Assembly (NCBI RefSeq): GCF_027921745.1
Contig: NC_079239.1
Span: forward strand, 3,100,001 to 3,164,000
Length of the DNA: 64,000 nt
Origin: Schizosaccharomyces osmophilus
Lineage: Eukaryota
Direction of reading: 5' to 3'
Below the pieces are notes generated by a model that was given only the letters and a program-made list of their open reading frames with translations, was not told where the DNA came from and did not search any database. Position 1 is the first letter of the stretch. Each line of letters opens with the position of its first letter. The position numbers and the translations under genes are program-made. Shown here one piece after another: positions 1 to 10,117 of the stretch.

Positions 1-402
1 ACTTCCAAGGACAAGTATATTGCGCGTAGTCATGATTTAAAACCAAAATAACCGGAATGAGATGAAAGCAATAACTTTTTTGCGTTTGATAGCCAAATTT
101 GAAAATACCAAGGATTCTAATATAGACTTCGATAAAAATAATAAATTAGAATCAAAAATGAAGTGTGAATAACCAGCGATGTTGGAATTTACTTTTGTTT
201 GCAATTTCCAGCATGAGTGCTGGCGATTTCCTTTAGGAAAAGTTTGAACGTCACTCTGTAAACAATAAGAGTATTGATTACCCTGATTTTTTAAAACAGT
301 AAGAAGAGAAAGGAAAAAACTAAGAGCTATGAAATAGGAACAAAATAACGGCAGGAGACCGGCGACAAAAAAAATAAATAAACAGAAAGACGAGAACAAA
401 AA

Positions 403-521
403 AGCCTACAGCATCCCGGATTCCCATGTTGTCTCCAACCATAGTACTAACGAGACCCTCAGACGCTTAACTGCAGTGATCGGACGGGAACTGGTGTTTT
501 CGCCTAGGTATGGCCGTAGAC
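403..521 (-). rRNA. 5S rRNA gene, copy 1
   Basis: The minus strand reads GTCTACGGCCATACCTAGGCGAAAACACCAGTTCCCGTCCGATC...GGGATGCTGTAGGCT (119 nt), the Schizosaccharomyces 5S sequence, and is followed by a T-run Pol III terminator (A-run at 398-403 on +). Confidence 0.98.
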
Positions 522-1227
522 ATTTGTAATGGTCTGTAAAGATATTTATACTTAATGATCCAGTCTTTTATTTGGCTTGATGAACTACAAGATCCAATTC
601 AACTCAGTTCTATCTGTGTGTTTTGTCACGGTTGAATGGAGAATACTTTCATACTGTAAGGATAAGATTTAAAACAGCAGTTTTCTCTTTTCTATTGATT
701 CTCATTGTGGTCGCAGGAGCATCAGATTGAGTGTATGAGTTTATGGGTTGAAAATGTTAGTTATATAAATTGGGTTCTACTTGAAATTTTTCATGGTCCG
801 TCGACTTGACTCCCAAAGTAAACGACAATTCAATGTTTTAAACTACATCAATCGATTCTTCCAATCTGAAAATTTATACTTTCTATGCTGTGAACGAATT
901 TTACCTCTGGCGGTAATCACTTTCGTTCTTACAATTAATGAAAGACACATCACAGTGTTGAGTAAAAAACTAGTAAATACGATGGTACTTTCCTCAGAAT
1001 AATTAAATAATCATTAAAAAGGGTGTCTATTCATGAAGAAAATGAACGATGCTGTGAAACGAATAAGAAGATTCATAAAAGAGTGAATGAGTAAAGCAAT
1101 CAAAGTCGAAAGATTGATTCTTGCTTCTTTGGACGCAAAAAATGCGGAAACTTGATGGACTGCAATTGACATGGATGGTTTCAAAGAAGATGCGAAGTAT
1201 AAAAACATAAAGCAGGTTCGGTAAAAC

Positions 1228-2408
1228 TCAAACTTCAGCGCTTTGCTCAGCAAGAGGTTGAAGTTCGATTTCTTCGTTCGGAGGTGCTTCATCTCTTCGA
1301 TTTGTCCCTTCTAAATAGGTTAGTACGATGTTACGAAAGGAAGCATTTGCAAAGTGTACATACCGAACATATGATCCACAGCATTTCCTATGCCGCTTCC
1401 TATTCCGTTTCCTAGGCCATTTATGCCGCTTCCTATTCCGTTTCCTAAGGCATTTATGCCGCTTCCTATGCCGTTTCCCATATCGACGACTACTAATCTA
1501 AGTCGTTCACGCGCATTTGCATTCACTAGAAGAGTTAGAATATTTCGCGGGTGTATGACATACTCGTCAAATAAAGAAACAAGACAAAGTTAACAAAACA
1601 AACAGCATAGAAAAAATTGTTGTTTATCTTTTCAAATCCTGAGAACTTCTTTGCAGCATAATACAAGGTGAAACCGGGGACATCGAGAAAACACACATAT
1701 AATGCTGCGATACACATAGTTGACAATACGTTTTTGGTTGCTCTTCCAAATTTCTTTAGAATCTTTTTGGTTGCTCTTCCAGCTTGCGTGAACCATTCTT
1801 TAGGCATTTGAGTTATTACTAATAGTTAGTGAGTCATTAAAAATCCTGAAATTAGTTTCTTACCAATTGTCAATGACAGAAATAGAGCGCACCAAACGCC
1901 AAAAAGTACCCAAACGGCAAGCTGATTAAACGGAATTTCGTAAACAAGAAGAATGACCCTCGCAATAATCAAGCATACATTATATACAATAAAAATAGCA
2001 AAAACAATTGCTAATTCACGAGGCGTCAGATATCTTTTCTTTTTAGAACTTTCTTCTGTTTCAGGAGCCATTTCGAGATCAATAAATTTGGTTGAAGCTA
2101 ATGGATGTATTAGTAACTGTTCTTTCGTTGTTTGTGAAAGGATAGAGGTTTTCGCCCTGTTTGTTGACACTTATCAACAAGGTTATTAGTTTCAAACCCA
2201 ACAAATAAATAAACAAGCATGATTCTTCCATCATGAGCCGTTCAAAACGCACGCAAAGAATCAACCTTTCCTTTCTATTTCAACTAATCTTACCTGAATA
2301 CGGAGGAGGCGTACCATCTGAAGGAGACGACCGACTATCTGCCTTTTCATCATTGAGCGTTTTGGAAGAGTCATCAGAATCTGAAATAGGAGAGTACTTG
2401 TTTTTCAT
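1228..2408 (-). CDS. wtf: wtf-family meiotic driver/antidote gene (wtf-A), 5 exons, about 282 aa multi-pass membrane protein
   Basis: Exons read by eye: 2408-2294, 2097-1864, 1818-1564, 1525-1364, 1310-1228, all GT..CTAAY..AG and in frame (849 nt). Exon 1 is MKNKYSPISD...GTPPPYS (PY motif). There is an in-frame ATG early in exon 2 (2071), hydrophobic TM segments in exons 2-3, Gly/Asn repeats in exon 4, and a C-terminus NEEIELQPLAEQSAEV. An alternative in-frame intron-1 acceptor (AAG ending 2170) would add 24 aa. Confidence 0.9.
1389..1479. repeat. 33-bp coding tandem repeat (~2.8 copies, GNGIGSGINxL) in wtf-A exon 4
   Basis: TATGCCGCTTCCTAT recurs at 1389, 1422 and 1455. Confidence 0.92.
1731..1780. 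repeat. 33-bp-spaced partial repeat (GRATK x2) in wtf-A exon 3
   Basis: TTTTTGGTTGCTCTTCC occurs at 1731 and 1764. Confidence 0.8.
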
Positions 2409-2701
2409 ATTTACAATGGCAAGTAGAGCCCAAAATAGCGCCGATATTTACACTCTAAACAAAATCAACTAGAACCACCAAGAAAAGTCCGTAAGAACTG
2501 GTTCTACTTTTCAAGGATCTGTCAAAAATCTGTCAAAAAAAGGAATTGGACCTTGCTTAAAAGCAAAATTTGTTTTGCAACACGAGTGTTCCCTTAAAAC
2601 CAACGATGCGAGTTTGAAAAAATCTTGGTATTGGCTTTTCGCATGTCTCAATTCATAAAAGCAGCGACATTATGTCACTGACTGGTCACAGTCCTCGTTA
2701 C
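2409..2701 (-). promoter_or_regulatory. Conserved upstream (long/antidote transcript promoter) region of wtf-A
   Basis: Nearly identical to 9483-9750 upstream of wtf-B in its distal ~105 bp (GGCTTTTCGCATGTCTCA...GCGACATTATGTCACTGACTGGTCACAGTCCTCGTTAC). Confidence 0.75.
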
Positions 2702-3391
2702 AGTCATTTAATGGGAGTTGTCAAGGCGATATATTCTACTATGATAATACTAAAGAGTACCTCTATTACAAATTGTAAACAATGAAAGTTTTAAGAGAAA
2801 TCTACTTTAGAGGATATATATATCTCCAGTTATAAATACAAATCTTCAGGTTGGAAGATTCGACTGATCTGGGATTAATAAATCTAGTTGTCGTCTATTT
2901 AGTTAATCAAGTCACTGCACCGGGAAAATTCTCATAGCACATACTAAGTAGCTTCTAATTTATACAAGCATAACCTTTTTCAACCTTTAAAACCATACAC
3001 TCAGTCTCATACTTATACAGCGCAAAATCCTAGTTGTGACATAAATACACTCGGCCATACATAGTCAGTCATACAGTTTAAAACATGGGCTGTGTTCAAT
3101 AGAATTGCTATGGGTGACACAAAAGCCCATAAGGATGTTAAGCAATAGATCAACGAAAATGTTCTTTTGGAGGTTCAAGCTATAGTCTGCTTTATATAGT
3201 ATGTAAAAACAAGATACAAAATTATCGAAAATGGGAACCCTTATAAACCGAGGTCGTTATTATGCACTGAAATCCTTGTTGTCACTGTTGAAACTTTTTT
3301 TTTTAAATATGTTTACAACATTGCTTGAAAGTTAAAAACAATGTATATCAGATTAACAGTTTCCCAGCAACTGATAATACGGTTTATGCCT

Positions 3392-3441
3392 CATACTCAT
3401 ACCATACCATACCATACCATATCAGATCAGATCAAGATCAA
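3392..3441. repeat. Short compound microsatellite (CATAC)n followed by (ATCAG)n
   Basis: catactcataccataccataccataccatatcagatcagatcaagatcaa. Confidence 0.7.
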
Positions 3442-3895
3442 ACTGAAAATGTTTATCTTTACTAGTTGACAAAGTAGAATAGTTATAGCAACGCAGTTGA
3501 TAAATAGATTTTGAAAAGTAAGTTATTTTCAACAACCTTTTGTGAAATGTTGATTGCCATCTTCCGTAAACACTCAAAAACAAGAACAAATTACAGGCGT
3601 TCTTGACATTGATATTTGATTTGTAGCAAAGTTTCTTCAGCTTTACTTGTTCCCTTTTTTCTTTCAAATTTTATAGCATCGATTTTCCCTGACTTTTCTA
3701 TTACTCGGCGGAATTATCCTCATTTATTATCATAGTACTTGGGCGTAAAAATTCTAAACTTCCAGGTGAATTTACTCTATCACTCGCGCAGATCGTTCTC
3801 CAAGTGAACAAAAAAGGTTTGTTTGCGTACCTTTTTGAGAATCTTGCATTACCCGTGAGGGTATTTCTGAAAGTTACTTCAATACGTTCTGCAGT

Positions 3896-5143
3896 ATGCT
3901 GTTTACTCACCTTAACAAAACGGTTAACATAATCAGACACGAAAGATGTAAAATCGCAGGAAGACTTGAAAGAATTTATTTTAATATCCCTTTCCTATCA
4001 AAGCTTCCACCAAAGGTTACTGTGCCTATAAGTTGCTTAATTTTCATAAACATATTGGTTTGGGTCATCGCGGCAATAGTCATCTGTTCGGTTAACAAAG
4101 CACTGTTTCTCTCGGTCTTATTATCATGGACACTTGGATTAAGACATGCTCTTGATGCTGATCATATTACTGCAATCGATAATTTAACTCGCCGATTATT
4201 AAATACCGATCAACCAATGTCAACTGTTGGCACTTGGTTTAGTGCTGGCCATTCGACTGTGGTTCTAATAGTTTGCATAGTAGTAGCTGCTACTTCTACT
4301 ACATTTAAAGATCGATGGGATAACTTTCAGACTGTTGGAGGGATAATTGGGACTTCAGTAAGTATGGGACTATTGCTTCTATTGGCAATTGGAAATGCAG
4401 TTTTACTAGTTCGTTTAGGTCACCGGCTTGCGATATATCGTAAGACTGGCATCATGAATGATCAAGGCCTTTCGAGTTATTTTGCTCAAAAAATGCAGAA
4501 ATTGTTTAAGTTGGTAAATTCTCCATGGAAAATCTATATACTTGGCTTTGTTTTCGGTTTGGGATTTGATACCAGTACCGAGGTTTCTCTATTGGGCATT
4601 GCTACTTTACAGGCTTTGAAAGCAACTTCAATATGGACTATTTTACTATTCCCCATTGTATTCCTGGTTGGAATGTGCTTGGTCGATACTACAGATGGCG
4701 CACTCATGTATTACGCATACTCATACTCGGCACGAGAAAGCAATCCTTATTTTTCTAGACTTTATTACTCAATAATATTAACTCTTGTTTCAGTGATTGC
4801 TGCGTTTACGATTGGTATTATCCAGATGCTTACGCTAATTGTGAGTGTTCATCCGATGGAAAGCACATTTTGGGATGGCCTCAATAAACTATCTGATAAT
4901 TATGAGATAGTTGGAGGATGCATCTGTGGCGCCTTTGTTTTAGCAATTTTATTTGGTATTTGCATGCAAAACTACTTTGAGAAGATGTTCTCACCTATAG
5001 TGCAAGAAAATGATGATCAAGGCATAGAAGTTTCGAAAATTGATGAGCAACATGAAAATCCAAAAAAGAGCTCAAGCTCTATCCAAATTTCGGAGACGGA
5101 GAGTGGAAACCCGTATTTTGATGTTGTCGCTTCTAAAATTTAA
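3896..5143 (+). CDS. nic1: NiCoT-family high-affinity nickel permease
   Basis: 415-aa ORF with the NiCoT signatures [23 protein letters not shown] and [14 protein letters not shown], and multiple TM helices. Confidence 0.95.
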   Translation: MLFTHLNKTVNIIRHERCKIAGRLERIYFNIPFLSKLPPKVTVPISCLIFINILVWVIAAIVICSVNKALFLSVLLSWTLGLRHALDADHITAIDNLTRRLLNTDQPMSTVGTWFSAGHSTVVLIVCIVVAATSTTFKDRWDNFQTVGGIIGTSVSMGLLLLLAIGNAVLLVRLGHRLAIYRKTGIMNDQGLSSYFAQKMQKLFKLVNSPWKIYILGFVFGLGFDTSTEVSLLGIATLQALKATSIWTILLFPIVFLVGMCLVDTTDGALMYYAYSYSARESNPYFSRLYYSIILTLVSVIAAFTIGIIQMLTLIVSVHPMESTFWDGLNKLSDNYEIVGGCICGAFVLAILFGICMQNYFEKMFSPIVQENDDQGIEVSKIDEQHENPKKSSSSIQISETESGNPYFDVVASKI

Positions 5144-6172
5144 TAATCAATCGAACCCACTAAATGGCAGACAAAAACAACCGACTTAACCAGACCTGGA
5201 CGAATGGCTATGTACTGCAAAAAGAAACGTTGACCTGTAATTATTCATTTCCTGTTGTAGACTCTTTGGTAAAGCAGATGATTTCTTAGAAGCAACTGTT
5301 CTTGGTTTATGTCTGATCTATTTGTATTTTATTTGTTCATAACCGGTATTTGAACTTGAACGTCCGATTAACTTGCTCGTCTATAATTTGACCACAAAAG
5401 CAAAAAATCAATTCTTTTTTGAAGTTTTCGTTTCCTTCATATCGTTGTTTTGTGAAATCAACAATAGCTTGTTTCATTGATCACAGGCAACCCTTCTCGC
5501 TCGGCTTGATTTCCTCCCTATATCTTTCTTTTTTTTTTCTCTCTCTCTCTCTACACTAGTTCGGTGAATGTTGAAGAGATATACGCTCTATCAAATGGAT
5601 TCACTCTTACACAACCAAAAGTTGAAGCATTGATCCTTTTTCACTCTGTTAATCACAAGTATTTGTCAATGAACATAAATGATTAATAACTTTCTATTGT
5701 AAGGCATCTCACAATGGCTATTACATGTGCTTGTAAATTCATATCATAGCAGGCTAGATGAAACTAACATCATCTTTATAGATGTCACGATTTGAGCTAA
5801 CCGGCCAGATGCCAAAATAGGAATTGTAAATTGCCAAAATAGACCAACAAACTCCGATGAAACAAAAAATGTCCGCCTTGCGCATTGTCGCATAGATCAC
5901 TTACTACGATGAGTCTTAGATAATAGGCACTAGCTTCTATATCAAGTGGCAATGCGATGACTTGATTGCGGTATATTCGAAGCAATTGATATTGATCTGT
6001 TTCTATTGCTTGCTTTCGGGTAATGCTATAGACGCAATTTAAGAAATGGCTTAGGATGACAATTTTTCAATTATGAGATATATAAAATGGGACATCTTGG
6101 GTGTAAATGAGTTTCACAGCCATCCATCATTACCATCCTTTTTTCAAATTGGTTTTGATTTTTCATTTAAAA

Positions 6173-6471
6173 ATGCACAATTTCTTGACCAGCCTTCTCA
6201 TGATGGCTCTATGTATTACTCTTGCCAATCTTCATGGAGGTGCCGCTGGAGTCAATACTTCCGAGGTAGCATTTAAGAGAAATGATGCTCCAACACCAGT
6301 TGTTGAAGGCGACGCTCAAGGAGCTGTCTCGGGAGCTGCCTTTAAGAGAGTCCTATCGCTGAGGTTGATACCGACGGTCCTGTCTCCGGTGCTTTCTTTA
6401 AGAGAGAAACTCCCAAACCTATTCATGAAGGTGATCCCCAAGGCGCTGTCTGGGATGCTGGTGACAGTTAA
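6173..6471 (+). pseudogene. Small secreted Kex2-processed repeat peptide precursor with an internal frameshift (pseudogene, or assembly error)
   Basis: ATG at 6173, signal peptide MHNFLTSLLMMALCITLA, then FKR-delimited repeats. TTTAAGAGA occurs at 6272, 6341 and 6397. Repeats 2-3 read in the -1 frame from ~6349 to TAA 6469-6471. TATA-like TATATAAAA near 6079. Confidence 0.65.
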
Positions 6472-7133
6472 GTTAGCAGTTGAACTATAGCTCGGCTTCA
6501 AGTCAAAGCATCGGATTCTCGTCTGATGAAATGTTAGAAAAACAGCTGAGCTGGCTTGTTTCGTTTGGGTTATCCTTTTCTTTCTTCATCTTTGTTTCCT
6601 TCTTTTAAAGAGTGAAGTTTGGATCTCTTCTTTTTTTTTATGTATACCTGTTGATTTCATGCTTCTTCAATTCATTTCTGTGCTTTTCCTTTTATTCTTG
6701 TTATTATTATGGATCCTGAAACGAGTCTACAAAATAGTGTCGACGAAAGTCAATGAAGTACAATACAAAAAACAAGATCATGAACTCCAGAGATGTAGCT
6801 CAAATATCAATGTCGAGACAACATGAATGGCATTGGACAGATCTCGTACTCTACCAGGATACAATTACATATTAAGTTGAAAATAAGTGGTGGTAGAGAT
6901 TCGTTAGAAGAGAGGTAGGTATGAGGCAAGTAATAGTGAATTCATATCTAAATGAATGGCAGTTGCGTAGAGATGAAACGGAGAAAGTATCAAACAAAAA
7001 GTACAGAAACCCCTATTATATATTTGAAGAAACTCAGACTTGGTTTACACTTTGCTTGCTCGAGATGTACTGCATCTGACTAACACGACATGAGAAAAAA
7101 CTGAAACTGCAAAAAGTAAGGTAAAAAGTGAAA

Positions 7134-7252
7134 AGCCTACAGCATCCCGGATTCCCATGTTGTCTCCAACCATAGTACTAACGAGACCCTCAGACGCTTA
7201 ACTGCAGTGATCGGACGGGAACTGGTGTTTTCGCCTAGGTATGGCCGTAGAC
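7134..7252 (-). rRNA. 5S rRNA gene, copy 2
   Basis: 119 nt, identical by eye to 403-521; T4 terminator. Confidence 0.98.
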
Positions 7253-8346
7253 ACTTGCAGTAAGTACGTCCAGCATATAAAAGGAAGGTTCGCTCCTTCA
7301 TCATTGTTAGCCAACTTTTTGATCGGTGGTTCTTTAATGGTCTTACCGCCAATTTTGATCATTTGCACTGCTCACAAATCTTTTGGGAAACATATTTGCT
7401 GATGTGTTAATCCTGCTGTACACTACTTGAGAAAGGAACGTCCCAACTTCGGTCCTTGAAATGGCAAGTATGTGAGTTGAGCAGATGCCGTTGGTTTTTT
7501 TCGGTATGTGAAAACATCTGATTGAAATTTAACAAGAAAAACTCTCTGAGGAGACAAAAAAAGCCCAGGCAGCATGTACAGAGAATGCATACTGAGAGGA
7601 ACACCTTTGCTACTTGTGAAGGAACATGCTACCTGAAGGGAAAAGGTTACAAGGAATTAATATAAGGAAAGCCTTGACCAGCAGAAATGAACGCCGAAAG
7701 ATGCATGAAAGTGAAGCAGAGGTTCACTAGAACTAAATTTAGTTGCTGATGTTGCATCTCCAGTTCATGTTTCGATGATGCGTGTTGAAGGGCCGTTTCC
7801 CATCGCTGAGACACGCGATTGAAAAATTTTCGTAGTTCATATGCGACTCTCATACTGTTTCGAAGGAAAAGCCTTGCCTTTACAACTCGATTGATCTTCC
7901 TAAATGAATTAATGCTTCATATACCGATTTTGTTTACCGCATTCCTGGACTTAGTAACATCTTTGCAGATCATAGATTAGGATTAGAATCAATTGCAAGT
8001 ATATACATTTCTGCAACCTTCATCAAATGTTCTGGTCAATGTATGGACAACGCTATGAACACTGATGAAGTATTCGCTATGAAAATAGAAGCAACGAAAT
8101 TCATTAAATAGTAATAAATTAAGATGAAACGAATGACAAGATTCATGAAGGAGTGAAAGAAAAACAAGTAAATAAAACCATGCTAGATGCAACGTTTCCT
8201 TGCTTGCTGCGCGCGATTCTTTTTGATACGAATATAGGAACTTGGCGGACTGTAATTAGCATCGATGCTTCCAATGATGGCGCGAAAATCGAAGAAGAAG
8301 TGAAAACGGTTTCGACAAGACTACAGAAATAAATAAACATGAAATC

Positions 8347-9482
8347 TCAAAATTCAGTTCTTTGGTCATCAAGAGGTTGAAGTTCGATTTCTTCGTTCGA
8401 ATGTCTCTCATCTTGAGCATTAAATTTTTCTAAATAGGTTAATAATATATTATGAGAGGAAAAGCATCCAAAGAATACATACCAAAAGTACAAGACAAAG
8501 CACTTGCTAAACCGCTCATGCCCTTTGCTAAACCGCTCATGCCCTTTGCTAAACCGCTTATGCCATTTGCTAAACCGCTTATGCCGTTTACTAAATTTGA
8601 ATTCATGCATTCGCGTGCCTTTTGATTTGCTAGAACAGTTAGGATATTTTAAAGTCATACACAACATACTCGTCAAAACAAGAAATAAGAATGTGTTTAT
8701 TGTGATAAAAATCAACCAGTAAACAGCGGGGTTCAAATTTTCAAACATTCCGTACTTCTTCAGTCCAAAAGATGAGGCTAAACAGAAGGCATCGAAAACA
8801 ACTGTATGGAATGCTGCGACAAGCATATTGCCTATCAGGACTTCAGGCATTATTGGATTTATTGCAATTGACCCTAATAATTAGTCAGTCGTTCAAAATA
8901 TGGACATCGCTATCTTACCTGCTAGAAACAGCATCATAGATGTTACCCAACCGCCCAAAAGCCCCCAATGGACTTGCGCTTTCACAGGAAACTTATAGAC
9001 GAAGAATATAACATAAAAACCAACCAAGAACGAATAGTAGCCAAAAATCAGAATAAACAATAGGACTACAAAATTTTCCAAAGCCCTCTTATATTTATTA
9101 GCGGATTCTTCAGCGGAACTGTGAGCGGATCCATCAGCCATCTCCAAATCACTGAATTTGTATGAATCTAATAGATGTATTAGAAGTAATTCTTTTCTTT
9201 GTATACAAAAGGATAAAGGTGTTGGCCATGTTTGTTATAGCAATCGACAAGGTTATCAGCCCCAAAACAAACACACAAACAAGATTCGTCCCGTAAACTT
9301 GCGGCAGCTTTTAAAGTATTTTACCATGCACTTAATCAACTTCTATTTTCTTCCCTATTTGAACACTTCTTACCTGAATATGGAGGCGGTGTGCCATCTG
9401 AAGATTGAATACCTGACTTTTCATCATTGAGTGTTTTAAAGGAGGCTTCCGAACTCGAAACAGGAGCGTAATTATTCTTCAT
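8347..9482 (-). CDS. wtf: wtf-family meiotic driver/antidote gene (wtf-B), 5 exons, about 263 aa
   Basis: Exons 9482-9374, 9167-8919, 8873-8670, 8629-8483, 8429-8347 with canonical splice sites, in frame (792 nt). Exon 1 is MKNNYAPVSS...DGTPPPYS. Internal ATG at 9141, TM segments in exons 2-3, a 7-aa repeat in exon 4, and C-terminus NEEIELQPLDDQRTEF. Intron positions and phases match wtf-A. Confidence 0.9.
8504..8587. repeat. 21-bp coding tandem repeat x4 (NGISGLA/KGMSGLA) in wtf-B exon 4
   Basis: TTGCTAAACCGCT recurs at 8504, 8525, 8546 and 8567. Confidence 0.92.
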
Positions 9483-9750
9483 ATTTACAATGGCAATGCA
9501 AAAAAAACCTAGGTTCGCAGTCTAGGCAAAAAAATTAGAATCACCAAGAAAAGTTCGTAGGAACTGGTTTCAATAATCTGTCGAAAAAGGGAATTGAGCC
9601 TCGCTCCAAAAAAGCAAAAGAATATTCCAAAAGGGCCTGCCCGTTAAAACCAAAGATGCGACTTTGAAAAAACCTTGGTAATGGCTTTTCGCATGTCTCA
9701 TTCATAAAAGCTGCGACATTATGTCACTGACTGGTCACAGTCCTCGTTAC
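9483..9750 (-). promoter_or_regulatory. Conserved upstream region of wtf-B
   Basis: Paralogous to 2409-2701; similarity stops after ...CAGTCCTCGTTAC. Confidence 0.75.
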
Positions 9751-9998
9751 GATTATTCAACGTTGGTTTTTCATTGTAATTTTCGTAATAGTATAATCCA
9801 AAAGAGTCGTAATTTTTTACAAAAAGTAAACAAAGCAACTTTGAGCAAAGAAATCATACTGTTTGCTTAAATTATAAATAGCAGGATTAGAAATGCATAT
9901 CTCTATGTTGAAAAGTAAAGCATTTTTTGTCATGATGTTCACCGGTCTTTTCATTACTCTCCAGGATGCTTGCATACGAAAGAACAAGAATTGCAAAA

Positions 9999-10117
9999 AG
10001 CCTACAGCATCCCGGATTCCCATGTTGTCTCCAACCATAGTACTAACGAAACCCTCAGACGCTTAACTGCAGTGATCGGACGGGAACTGGTGTTTTCGCC
10101 TAGGTGTGGCCGTAGAC
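9999..10117 (-). rRNA. 5S rRNA gene, copy 3 (two substitutions versus copies 1 and 2)
   Basis: 119-nt 5S sequence that differs at 10050 (A vs G) and 10106 (G vs A) on the + strand. Confidence 0.97.

Noticed and set aside
2940..3130. Possible LTR or 5S remnant (CATAC-rich stretch, CGGCCATAC)
   Set aside because: Only a 9-bp match to 5S, with no TG...CA termini, second copy or target-site duplication visible.
6350..6406. An intron or programmed frameshift repairing the peptide precursor
   Set aside because: The GTCCTA donor is non-consensus, there is no CTAAY branch site, and there is no X XXY YYZ slippery heptamer.
7137..7352. ORF 7137-7352 (and 9970-10215) as protein-coding genes
   Set aside because: They overlap 5S rRNA genes and are incidental frames.
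7253..8140. wtf-associated (wag) gene between 5S copy 2 and wtf-B
   Set aside because: Only short ORFs with no recognisable features or convincing splice pattern; it cannot be supported without a homology search.
8347..8850. 167-aa ORF with basic FSKRHKR/FSKGHER repeats as a real protein
   Set aside because: It is an unspliced read-through of wtf-B exons 3-5; after splicing, exon 4 is read in the NGISGLA frame, matching wtf-A.
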